This document shows positions 32,378 through 44,330 of a DNA stretch of 64,000 nt, in pieces. The position numbers were made by a program, and so were the translations under genes. Below the pieces are notes generated by a model. That model ran no database searches. It was not told where the DNA came from and was given only the letters and a program-made list of their open reading frames with translations. Source of the stretch: Callorhinchus milii (taxonomy: Eukaryota); assembly GCF_018977255.1 (NCBI RefSeq), contig NW_024704743.1:83206001-83270000 (forward strand), in the 5' to 3' direction. Each line of letters opens with the position of its first letter. The first letter of the stretch is position 1.

Positions 32378-33468
32378 TGTAATTCTTACATTTGATGTCT
32401 CACCTTATCACATCATCTAAATGTCTCAAAGTTCTTCACAGGATTTTACTGTGAAGTGTGGTGACTCTGTATTTGTAGGCATACATGGCAGCCACTGTAA
32501 GCACAACGTCCCACAAACAGCCGTGAAGTGAATGATTGTCAGAAGCTCCCTTCTCTTTGTGAATAGTGCCATGGAATCTTTAACATCCACCTAAGCAGGC
32601 AGATGGGACCTCATTTGGAGGACAGCACCTTTGACAATACAGCGATTCCCCGATACAACCATGGATGGCCTTGAAAATGAGGACGAGGATCTTGAACTCG
32701 ATCCTCTGGGGGATGGGGAGCCATGGAGTCGGGCGAGGATGGGAGTGATGGGGACACGGAGCCTGGTGTGCGAGAGTACACGAGCTGCAGAGTTTTGGAT
32801 GATCTGCAGCTTGTGAAGGGAAGAGTTGGGAAGGCCGATGAGGAGGGAGTTTCCATAATCGAGCCTTGATGTGATGAATGCATGGTTGAGGGTTTCGGCA
32901 GCCTGAGGGGTGAGGCAGTGGCGGAGTCTGGCAATGTTGCGGAGGTGGTGGTAGACAGTGCCGGTCATGGGGTGGATGTGGGGGAGAAAGGACAGTTCAG
33001 GGTCAAACAAGATAACCAGGTTCCTGACTGGCTTAGTGAGGTTGAGTATGCAGCCGTGGAGGCTGATGCTGCCTGTGCCCGAGGTGCGGAGGCGCCGGCC
33101 CGAGCCAATCAGGAGGGCCTTGTTCTTGCTGATGTTCAGTTGGAGAAAGTTGTCCCTCATCCAGGACTTGATGTCGGACAGGCAGTAGGTCAGGACGCCA
33201 GTAGTCCTGGAGTTCAGGGTGGAGACAGAGAGGTAGAGTTGGGTGTCATCCGCATACATGTGGAAATTTACCCCATGTCTGCAGATAATGTCACCAAGGC
33301 GGAGCATGTAGAGGGTGATGAGGAGGGGACCGAGGACAGAGCCCCGAGGAATGCCGCACGAGACGGTGCGGGGGCTGTTGGAGAAGCTGTTTGTAGAGAC
33401 GAAGTGGAGGTGAAGCCACAACCTTCTGGCTCAGAAACAAGAGCGCTGCCAATTGAGCCAGTCTGACA
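32378..33468 (-). mobile_element. Deu-domain SINE split by an L2 fragment (tail/body 32378-32652, head 33411-33468)
   Basis: Body gaatagtgccatggaatctttaacatccacctaagcaggcagatggg; head tgaagccacaaccttctggctcaga..attgagccagtctgaca. Confidence 0.75.
32660..33410 (-). mobile_element. L2 LINE ORF2 internal fragment (reverse transcriptase C-terminal half)
   Basis: ORF 32591-33421 reads CGIPRGSVLGPLLITLYM...FHMYADDTQLY...WMRDNFLQLNISK...AFITSRLDYGNSLLIGLP..KLQIIQNSAARVL, i.e. the GVPQGS and YADD motifs of an L2-clade RT. Confidence 0.93.
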
Positions 33469-36400
33469 TCTGTGATGAGACTAGTCACAGCTCCTCTATG
33501 TATATTTTTCTTATTCTCACAGCTGAGTGTTTGCTATGATCTCTGATTTTAAGCAAATAGTCAGCAGAGATGAAACTGCAAGAAAGGCAGCCTGTGATTA
33601 GTCTCTAAAATAACAATAAAGAGCAGACATATTATAAGGGAATCCCCTCAGCTTATCTTGCACCAGTACAACAGCTTCATTCTTTGTTCAGTTTAAGTGG
33701 ATTTTGCACAGGCTTCACCAGAAGCCATTTAAACAAGAATATTTCCCAAAGTAACCTTTTTTAACCAACATAAAAACTGAATATGCCCTGTAATCTCTGA
33801 TCCAGTTATTAATGATATTTACCTGTGGAGTTACCTTTCTCTTCTATTGTTTTATACATTATTGCAATACAACATGATTTATATTTCTAAATTACGTCAT
33901 AAAGTATACATTATGTTACGTGTTTAATGTCAGGAGGACATCTCGGAGCGCATTCACAGTGCTGACTGAAGCACCTGAGCTGCAAGTGGGAGCCAAGGTG
34001 GGGAGGGGAGGGGGAAACAGTCGAAGAGGTATGTTTTCGAAGAGGGGAGAAAGATGGAGCTCCACAGGGTGGGGGCAGACTGGCTGAAAAGAACTTTATG
34101 CTTTTTAATTATTGTAACATTACAGGAAATACGGTAGTTAAAGCCAAAATAAAGTTCTCAGCAATTTTGGCAAACGCTCCACTTCTATGACAACACAGTT
34201 GCAATTAATGTTCATGTTTGATATTCTTGAAGGACATGCAACAGAAGTGCAGCATTGGTAAGGATATTACTAAGCAATCAGATGTCACATAAAGGTGCAG
34301 TACAGTGGCTAAAATCAGCCATGTTTGCTAAAGCGTTGGCCTGACTCTGTATTAATTACATCTTTTTGTGAATTTCTATTACACCAGAGTTATTTGCGGG
34401 AGGACCAGGGAGGAAATAACCAAGCAGCAGGGGCAAAAGAGGCTGAATGCTTTCTAACACTCTAGAATGACAGCAGTAAGAATCTACTGACATTTAAAAT
34501 CTCATTAAGATATTTAACTCTACATTTCAAATATAGAATTACTTAATTGTTTTATTACAGAAACAGATCATTTGACCCAACTAGTCAGTGCAGTGGTTAC
34601 ACACCACATGAACCTCCGACCCTCCTAACCCTTCTCCTATACTCCTCTATTCCTTTCTCCTCTATTTTACGCTTCGAGTTTTCCTCTTAAATACATGTGT
34701 TAATTTTTGATTTACAAATTTGTCCCACTACACACAGTCACACAATGGATCTAGCCTTGCACCTCCTATTATTGCTTCTCTGTCCATCTCAGCACCAAGT
34801 TGCAGGTGGCATCACTGCCCCTCGTGTTTTGTGCCTTGCAATTGGCGTTCTGCTGCAGTGGCACAAAGGAAACACATCCCTGGCCAAGATCATTATTCTG
34901 ACCTTTTTATAAGTAGGCTATTAACACTTTTTGATCTTTGCGCTTTGTCGCTAAGGGTGATTAATGAGGCAAAGATTAGGGCATTAAGGGTTCCAGGTCA
35001 GCTTTGATCACTGGGCTGGACTGGAATGCATGTGCAGATTGCTACTAAATGAAGCAGTCTGCTCTTAACAAGTATTTAAGGGGCTGAGGTTCAAAACAGT
35101 TGGACTATCCAAAATCCATCCTGGGAAATGAAACATTTCTCTTTGGTCAGATCTTAGAAGATATCAGGCCTGCAAAACATTGTCAACTTACTTGCAAGTT
35201 TAAAGAAAGTGTAACAAATTATTTGAAAATTCTGTGTTGCAGAACACAGGAGACGAGACATGGACAGACATGAAGTAAACTTGCTTTTACTTGTTCATGT
35301 TATCCATGTAAATATCTTGTGAAGAGCAAAACCCGTCCATCATTTGTAGTAGATGCTTCAGGGTTACAAACATGCTAAGTACCTGTAGCTGGAAACACAA
35401 GGAGGTTCTGTTCAACATTTCCCAATTGCCACCTAAAACAAATCCCACCGCTCATCAGCAGAGGTTACTGATAACCTGTTAAATAAAACTGCTCTCTATC
35501 CTTCAGCCACAAAACCACTGCATTAGCTTGTTACTTGTGGGTCAAGCTGAACAAGCAGCCTCTTAAATGCTGAAAAATTCTTTGCATTTATAAAGGCTTA
35601 ATTTGAAGCCATTCTCTCTTGGGATTGCAACCCGCGAGCAGTGCGAGGTGAGTGTTTGTCACAGTACTATTGGGATCGCTGGCACAATACGCCATGTATA
35701 TCCTGGACAATTCCAATGATGTTCACGAGTAGATTGATTACGAATATTAACACAATTTTCTTGATAACCACTGAAGTCTCACAAGTATAAAACAGCAAGA
35801 ACAGAATGAATGGTCATAGTAGGGAATGTCATTAATTTTAAAAGGTTCTGAAGGCACAAGAAGTAAGAATAAGCTCTCTAGGACATAAATGAACTAGACA
35901 TTTGATGGAAACCGTTAGCAATCATAAAACCACAGCAGAGGTTAAATTGTTTTGAGCTATGGAAATTAACGTATTAAAGGTTAGATTTCCAACTGAGAGG
36001 CAGTTGAGCCACACTACCGTTCAATGATTCAGTGACAGAATTATGTGTCGCAGAAAGAATGGATCTAAAATGATTGTAGAATCATTAACAAAAGCGAAGG
36101 CAGTGGAAGACATTTCACAGCGAGGGGTGTGTGAAGAAGAATAAAGACATGGAGAGAGCTCATTAAGGATGAATCAGAGACCACAAACATTTGAAACCAC
36201 TAAGTGTGGAACATATCTGGTATCTAATGACTCGGTTATAAACTGGAAATGATCTACAGGGAAGTCATCTCTTTAGGTTAAAGCACCCAATATTCCCAAA
36301 AGAATTGCTCATGGGGTTTTCCAGGAAGAAATTATCCTTGCGAGAACATGCTGATTTGCTAAATAAGTGAGTGGGATATTCACTGCACGACTGTGTTTGC

Positions 36401-36839
36401 ATTTCTTGTCATACACTTTCTTAGTACCGAGCAATTTATTCAAGAAATTTCATGTCGGACTATCTTTTTTGAAACATTTGTGCTCCTATTTACTGAGTCA
36501 CTGTTATAGGCACATGAGCAGACCTGCACCAGTTTAATATCCAACTTGATGTTACTCTTAATGTCGAACCCACAGTTTCTTTGTTGATGTTACTTGCCTA
36601 TGCAAATCACCTCTGTGAAAATACAATATTCCCAATTTGAGAGACTCCAACAAACCTCACTGCTTGGTTAATTCGCCCCATATGTGAGAGTTTCCAATGT
36701 ATTAAAGAAGCCACCCTCTTTTCTAATTCCAATAATTGAGGAAACTGGTATCTTCTATGCTGTCTGAGCTCGCAAGCCTGATTCCTACATCCTACAGTGG
36801 AGTAGGAGTCAGTGGTGTACAGTGCATCCTGCATCAAGA

Positions 36840-37110
36840 AAAACTTGCAATTATGTAGCGCCCTTCAGGTGGGGTAGTGTATCAGCGCTCAACAATGGCG
36901 TAGTTTGAGAACTACCCGGGAAGAAAATGGAGGTGACCATAGGCACGGTCAAAGAGGAAAATCTTATGGCGTGATCTGAAGACGGCCATAGAGGGGGCAA
37001 GGCAGAGGGATTCAGGCAGGGAGTTCCTGAGAGTCAGGGTCTTGTAGCTGAAAGCACAGTCATCGATGGTGGAGGAGATGGGACGAGGGACATGCAGAAG
37101 GCTTGATCCT
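36840..37110 (-). mobile_element. Degraded L2 3' fragment
   Basis: Minus ORF ..AFSYKTLTLRNSLPESLCLAPSMAVFRSRHKIFLFDRAY resembles the L2 ORF2 end. Confidence 0.7.
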
Positions 37111-37274
37111 ATATGTGTGTGAAAAGGAAAGAAAGTCAGACTCATGATAGATGTTTTCTAAACAGCAACAACTCACATTTATATAACATCAATAGCAACA
37201 ATTATATAATACCCTTCATGCAGGATTACGTCTTGGAGCTCACCCCCCAGGGCGGGAGAAGGAGATGGAGTTAA

Positions 37275-37565
37275 TTGCCTCCCCCAACAAACATACGGCG
37301 GTGGGGCCTTCAGCCTCTCTGCCCCCACCCTCTGGAATTCCATCTCACTTTCCCTTCACCTCGCTCCCTCCCTTGCCTCCTTCAAGGCACACCTCAAGAC
37401 CCTTCTCTTCAATCATGCCTTCGGCCAACATCCTACCCTCTCTGCCCTCCACCCTCCCTGATCCCAACCTCCCCTTTCCCGCTCGGATCTTAATCCCTGA
37501 CTGTTCAGCACCTTGGGACGTGAAAGGAGCTTTACAAATGTGATTTTGTATTGTGTATTGTATTG
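37275..37565 (+). mobile_element. L2 3' end fragment
   Basis: ggccttcagcctctctgcccccaccctctggaattcc...cttcaaggcacacctcaagacc; tail cagcaccttgggacgtgaaaggagctttacaaatg and (TTGTA)n. Confidence 0.8.
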
Positions 37566-38589
37566 TATACACCACCACTCATCTCAGAGCCATGGCCTAG
37601 CTGCACCTTGCGACACCCCCTTGTGGAGGTGCCTCGCGGTGTTGCCACACTTCCCGTCATCTTTCCTCCACACCTCCTGTGGTGTTCCACCACATGCTGC
37701 TCCATCTCTCCCTTGCCCTGTGAGGTTCCTTGATCTGAGTGGTGTTGTGCAGGTGCACTGCTTGCTTGCTGCAGTGTCAGACTTTCATGTGGGAAACCGG
37801 GTCTTTTTGGAGCAGGAAGATCTCAGTCACCATCATTCCCCTAGGTCATCCGCTCTCTTCATCCATCATCCACGGCAGCTTAATCCTCCTACTTCTCCTA
37901 TTGGGGAGCGAGGCTGCTGGCGTCCTCTTCAAAGATGTTACTCTTCCTGCTGAGGGCAGGTGGACCTGCTCCTTGCAAACTGATGACAGTGAAGAGGCAA
38001 AGAAACACAAATGAGAAGCACATAGACAAGTTTCATTATCAATCCAGAGGTACCCTATTGGAGGTCATTATGGAAACAAGGCACATTAGCTTAATGTTAA
38101 GCTAAATGATCATTAGTAACACTGTACCTGCTCGGCCATAGCAACCAGCTACCCTTCACTCTTCCTCTCCCTCCAGGGGCCCGAGTGGAGCGATAATCTC
38201 CTCCACTGTTATCCTCTCAAGTATCCGCGGGGTATCATCAAATGTAGGGTTAATTATTATTATATTGAATCTGGCATTTATATACCATCAATACTTCCAG
38301 GTAGCTATTGTCAGCTCCTTGAACTTGTTGAACCTGAGTCACAGTCCATCCTGAAAACTACCATGATATTTGACCCTGACAGAGACAAACACTGAAATAC
38401 TGTAATTTTCATGGGTTAGTGTTTGTTGCAAAACATTATACAGGACCAGCGTTAAAAGCATAAGGCATTTTACTCAAGTATCGTGTGGCTGACAGAATTT
38501 TGACCCTGTGGAGTTCTGTTTTCCTGGAGCAGAGAATGAGTGAACGCAACAAATCCTCAACTGAGTTTGAGGGCTTCCTATCAGTGAGA

Positions 38590-38846
38590 TAATAATAATA
38601 ATCCTTGCATTTGATATAGCGCTTTTCACGTCGGGAGGACGTCCCAAAGCGCTTCACAGAACACACTGTAAAGTGAATTGACTGTATATTTGTGGGCGAA
38701 CGCGGTAGCCAATTGCGCACAGCAATGTCCCACAAACAGTCGTAGATTGAAAATGACCAATTTAATTATTGTTTTTGGTTTTTTGGAGGGATTATTATTA
38801 GGCGTGTGGAGTAAGGAAACTTGCCCAAGGTTTCGCCCTGCCTGGA
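38590..38846 (-). mobile_element. tRNA-Ala SINE, short young subfamily, 5'-truncated
   Basis: Near-identical to 56134-56446 up to gccctgcctgga, where the head is lost. Confidence 0.92.
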
Positions 38847-38960
38847 GGGCAGATCTCTCTGCCCTCAGTTTAGTGGCTTTCACGGTAGATGTAGATGTGT
38901 ATTCTGTGCTGTCCTTTCCTCCCAACTAGAGCAGGACGTGCATTAAACAACAAAACCACT

Positions 38961-39035
38961 CAGCGTCTTGGGACGTCCTCCTGATGTGAAAGGCGCTCTA
39001 TAAATGAAATGAAATTAAATCTTGTTGTTGTCGTT
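38961..39035 (+). mobile_element. Isolated L2 3' tail
   Basis: cagcgtcttgggacgtcctcctgatgtgaaaggcgctctataaatg...tcttgttgttg. Confidence 0.75.
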
Positions 39036-42000
39036 CCAAACAAATAAGCCTGAATTACAACGAAATCCCCAAATTTTCATTACAGAAAATGACGTGACAA
39101 GAGAAATGAAGATTGAAATAAATTAATCTCTATCTCTATTGGAGTGCTTTGAGATGTCCTCCTGACATGAGAAATGCTATATAAATGTAAATTAAATTGT
39201 ATTGTTTCCCCATAAAATGTGTGGTAAATATAAGGGCCTAACCTTATAATGCAAAGTGAACAGTTTAACAGCTATTATCAACTAGAGTGAAGCCGCAATG
39301 ATGCTTTCCTTCAATTGGCATGACACATCCTTGTGAAGCACCGGCTCCTAAGTATTTCTGCAAAAGGAAAATCAGCGTCATAAAACTTTATTGACATAAT
39401 AACAATTTCATCAGAAATAAACATAAATCTGAATCATAAAATACCTAAGCACCACAAGTGAGAGAACGGTGTGGCTCAAATTAGTCAGTGTGTAAATCAT
39501 CTTTACCCAGCAGTTCTCCAACTCTAGGGCCCACCTGTGCAATCTGTTTGTTTTACACAGGAAGCACCTGCTGCCCCCTTCAAATCTGTGTCACTAAATA
39601 AAACATTCTTCTCTCCAGATAAATCACGTCAATATCTTCCTAAACGTTTTGGTGCCTCTCTCCAAAACGTAGTCACACAGATTCCCCCCCAAAAGTATTA
39701 AATGTATTGTACAATTTAATTGCATCAACATTTCTTCATATAATAAAATGGCTTAAATGATCCCAAAGTTAAGAGGGGTCTCCGTGGAGCTCAATGTTTG
39801 GCAAAGAAATGTCAGATTAGAGCAAGTAGTCCAGTTACTGAACCAGTTGAGCACAGTACTTCACTGATAATGAGAGCCAGCCATGACTTGGAAGGGCAGA
39901 TCAGTCACTGGGGGAAGGAACTCTTCCCACTCAGCTCCCGCTAACCTACACGCCAAAGCCCTAATGGATCAGGTGGTCCTAGCTGAACAACACCGGGCAA
40001 GTTTGCAAGACAGTGAATCGATAGACAAGCAATGCGGTTTTATCTGCGGAGACTCCCAACAGTACCCCAGCACACACTCTGGGATCCCTAAGCCTTGGTT
40101 CTTGTCAACCTGTGCCTAATACGCTCTGGAATTAGGTAAGCAGGATGCAATCCCTACAGGGAGAAATTGTACATTCCATTCCAACAATGGTATTATCATT
40201 ATTGGTATTACCACATCGTCCAAAAATGTGGTCAAATGCAGTTAAAAGATATCATTAGGTTAGGGGTGGTGGAACAGCCCCCATTCAGATGAGATGTTAA
40301 ATCAAGATCCCAATATGGCTCTCAATGGGCCATATTGTGTGTTTACTGGTTGCAGATATGAGTTACACGTTCACAAATAGAGACTGCAGCCCCTGTCAAT
40401 CTTCTTTTAGCTTGGTGCAATCCTGAGACTGGCACACATCTGCTTTGCTAATATAAAGGACAGATTGAGCCAGGTCATATCACTTCATGTCCCAGCTCCG
40501 TATCCTGGAGGAAAGGATGACGTTCCCAATTTAAAGGAACCTTTATTGATACAATTGGGACTGGGCTAATACACAGCAATTTTAAACCGGTTTCCTTAAT
40601 AAGATAATTCTGGGTCACAAATGGGAAATCATAGCACCTTTCACATCGGGAGGACACGTCAAAGTGCTTCACAAGATTTTACTGTCACATGTAATGACTG
40701 TATTTTGTAGGTGAACCTGACGCATGTCGGGCAGACCTATGGGTGGTATTTACATCCTGAATTACTTATCAAGGAATCTAATTCAAAATTGCCACATTTC
40801 AGTCCCCAATACTATTTAGCCTTTCATTTAACATTGGTTTCCAATGAGGCGACCTGCCTCCGGTTTGAGGCTGCATTGACCTTTTTCTAATCCATTCGTT
40901 ATTGCTGGCAGCAGCACGATCGCACTATTAGTGACGGATGGTGTTGGCGATGTGAGACATGGCGTACAGCACCATGGGTAACATGGCTTTCCTAATGCAT
41001 GCTGTTGTATTCTGATGTGAGTGCAACAATAATAACTGCAGTCAAGCGTAACGTGTCCAGCTCTGTGCCAAACGTGCAGAAAATCTTTTCTTGACTTATA
41101 AATCTTGACCATCTTAGAGTCATGTGAGATGCTATTTTCTTCAAATGAAATGCCTGTAGTCATTAGACTGTGTTGAATTACGTTTACTTACTTGGGACCG
41201 TATACCTAGTTGATAGCCTTTTATGGAAGATCTATAATAACACCCAAATCATTATTAAGCTTCAAATTCCCAGGCAATTTCTGATCTATGTGACATTCAC
41301 ACTCCTTCAGGGTCAAACAACATCTTGCAGCCTTCATAAAATGATTAAATATTTTAAACAGATCATGCTTATACCTCCATTGCCCCATGAGACTGATACT
41401 GTTATCGTTTTTGTCAAAGAGAGTTTCCATCTGCATTTGTCATTCCAGCTTGCATTTATGAGTTATCAATCAGCATGTCAAAATGCAAAGTAACTGATGT
41501 TCTTTGGGCAGTTCTGCACGGTCTATCTGGAGCTTTTAATCAATGGTGATTTTTATTTTCCAAAGTCGCACATAAATCTTTCCTAGTGTGGGTCATATTT
41601 TGTGTATTTGCACAAAAGCTGTGACAGAAGCAGTAGTTATTATTGTCAACATCATACCTTTGGGCTAACTAAGTAACAAGGGCTTTTAAGGGAGATCACA
41701 GGGAATTGCTGTATGGGAATGAAAGGCTTCAGCGGCAACTCTTGCGGGTGGGGGGGTGGGGGGAATCCATCCTACATACTTCAATCAACACACTTCAGAC
41801 TGGATATTCATGAAACACGAATCCTGACTGACTGAGAACCATGCAGAAACAAACACTAACTGCTCGGTTTGTGTCAGCCAACAGCACCTTTCTGCTGTGC
41901 TTTGGCTCAAAAATCACGGAGTAGCACAAGAAGAACAACAGCTTGCATTTATACAACGTCCTTCACGCAGCACAGCGTCTCGGAACGCTGGAGCGAAACA

Positions 42001-42249
42001 TGGGACAGACACCAAGCTCAAGCTCAGAAACAGCCTTTAGTTTCCGGATCTGCGACCTATGGTAACCTGAGCAGTCAACCTCGCCTTAAAAAGCCTATTG
42101 TTGAGATTTTGCCCCCACAGATTAGAGATTGTGTATCGGGGGGAAGAGATGAGACACATCCATTTCAACACCATAGAGAACTCCATTCGTATTTTTACTG
42201 ATATCTTCTAAGTTCTTTTATTTTTTGTTCCAGTATATATAAATAATTT

Positions 42250-42722
42250 TAAAATCCATGCATTTGATACAGCATCTTTTACGTCGGGAGGAAGTCTCCC
42301 TGGCTCTGGAACTCTATCCCCCAGTGCCTTCGCCTTGCTTCCTCCCTCTCCTCCTTCAAGGCCGGTCTCAAAACCTTTCTCTTTGACCGTGCCTTCAGCT
42401 CCCCTCTCGACTCTCTTCCCCCTCCTCGCTCCCTCCCTTCCCTCCCTTCACCCTGACCATTTCCCCCCTCCTCGCTCCCTCCCTTCCCTCCCCTCACCCT
42501 GACCATTTCCCCCCTGCTCGGGTCATGACCCAACTGTGCAGCGCCTTGGGACGTCCTCCTGACGTGAAAGGCGCTTTATAAATGGAATCTTATTGTTGTT
42601 GTTGTTGTTGTCTCAAAGCATTTCATAGGATTTACTGTAAAGTGTAGTGACTGGATTTTGTGGGTGAACGCGGCAGCCAATTTGCGTACTTCAGTGTCCC
42701 ACAAACAGCCATGAAGTGAATA
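42250..42722 (-). mobile_element. SINE 3' half hosting an antisense L2 insertion
   Basis: tgcatttgatacagcatcttttacgtcgggaggaagtctc resumes at 42610 as gtctcaaagcatttcataggatttactgtaaagtgtagtgac...cccacaaacagcc. Confidence 0.8.
42299..42609 (+). mobile_element. Young L2 3' end (~310 bp) with 5 bp TSD GTCTC
   Basis: Near-identical to the reverse complement of 47750-48000; internal ~40 bp tandem duplication; (GTT)n tail; GTCTC at 42294-42298 and 42610-42614. Confidence 0.9.
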
Positions 42723-43524
42723 TAATGATTTTTACAACATGATTCCTGAAAGTCTGCCCTCTTAATATGAATGGATATTGTGCATGATTGCTGCCACAAA
42801 TCCAGGTCTCTTTGCAGGCGTTAGGTCATACAAATTGGCAGGATCAGGGTGGACATAACTCATGATAAATTCCATCAAGTAGCTTGTGGCAGTATCTGGT
42901 GGAAGCAGACAGAAAAACACAGGTTTAATTTGTAATTAAGTATGCAACCTTAGCACCAGACCATAGGGCTTTTTTGTTGCAAACTTCACAATCTCCCAAA
43001 GGCCTCCTCTTTGACTGTTTAGTGGTTGTTTTACCTTTGATAAATAGGCAGGATGTCCATGTAACTAAATGATTAACATGTTAATGTTTATTTGACAGTT
43101 TCCAGAGTCAGAATTCTCTGACGCCTGAACTTCATTTTTTCCCTTTTATTATCTGTCAATCTACTGAATTTCATCTCTGTAGGAGAGATGTTACATCTGT
43201 TAATAGACTCAACGACAGACATAATGACACAGACAGGCATTATAGTACCAGTCGTAAGTCATTTCAGGGCTTACTTTTAAAAACACAGCAATGTTAAAAC
43301 AGGAGAATGACGTCCATTAGGGATCGTAATATTGCATATTTTCACACAGTGAATGTCCACTGTGAAGACCTCACATATGCATAACAAAATAAACCAGTGA
43401 TGTTTTTATCAGGGAACATGTTACTCACAGGCTCAGTAGTGAGCTGCATGACAGTTGAATTCAGTACTGTGACTAACAATGAATGCAGCGATAAACAGGA
43501 GAATACTGTGACGTACATTTATAT

Positions 43525-43896
43525 GTCCTGTAGCATATTGATTATAGCACTTGCCTTGCAAGCGAGGGGACCCGGGTTCGATTTCCGGGCAGAGCAAAAC
43601 CTTAATGGAGTTTCCTTATTCCACACGCCTCTGTTTAACAACAATAAGTAGGAACCCGGTTGTTAGTCGATTGGCAGATCGCTTTTCCGGGGGTAATAAT
43701 CTCTTCCCAAAAAATATAATAATAATTTGGTCACTCAATTCATGACTGTTTGTGGGACACTGTTGTGCACAATTGACTGCTGTGTTTCGCCCACAAACTG
43801 CACAGTCAATTCACTTTACAGTATGTTGTATGAAGCGCTTTGAGACGTCTCGAAGATGTGATAAGGCGCTATATCAAATGCAAGGATTATTATTAT
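43525..43896 (+). mobile_element. tRNA-derived SINE, long subfamily, full length
   Basis: gtcctgtagcatattgattatagcacttgccttgcaagcgagg..gggttcgatttcc head, agtaggaacccggttgttagtcgattgg block, tail gcaaggattattattat. Confidence 0.9.
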
Positions 43897-43898
43897 AT

Positions 43899-44066
43899 AC
43901 TGTGACATACCCTCGGATACTGTGATGTACAGGCAAAAACTGCGATGTACAGTTAAAAACTGGTGCAGTCAAACACTGTGCCCACAAGATGTACAGTTGA
44001 ATGCTATGGTGTACAATGAAACTGATGAATAGCTTTAGACGATGATGTACAGTTGAAAACAATGAG
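43899..44066. repeat. Degenerate ~20 bp minisatellite (core GATGTACAGTT)
   Basis: actgtgatgtacaggcaaaa / actgcgatgtacagttaaaa / acaagatgtacagttgaatg / ctatggtgtacaatgaaa / gatgatgtacagttgaaa. Confidence 0.7.
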
Positions 44067-44067
44067 G

Positions 44068-44330
44068 TAATAATAATCCATGCATCTGATGTAGCATCTT
44101 ATCTCATTGTCAAAACAACTCAAAGCACTTCACAGGATTTTCACTGTGAAGTGTAGTGACTATGTAGTTGTATACCAGGGCAGCAGTCAATATGCACATA
44201 GCATTGTCCCATGACGAAACATGAAGTGAGCGATCAATTTTATTTGGGGGATTGTTGGTCAGGACACTGAGAGAAACTCTGTTCACTTTTCAAATAGCAC
44301 TATGGGATCTTTAACAGCCACCTGAAAAGG
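44068..44330 (-). mobile_element. Deu-domain SINE 3' portion
   Basis: Tail taataataatccatgcatctg..gcacttcacaggatttt and Deu block ttggtcaggacactgagag..caaatagcactatgggatctttaacagccacctga. Confidence 0.75.

Noticed and set aside
32591..33421. 276 aa reverse-transcriptase-like ORF as a functional or domesticated gene
   Set aside because: Partial RT with a degenerate motif (GIPRGS), a frameshifted C-terminus, and both ends in SINE sequence.
43899..44066. CRISPR-like repeat-spacer array
   Set aside because: Eukaryotic context, degenerate tandem units without unique regular spacers, no cas genes.
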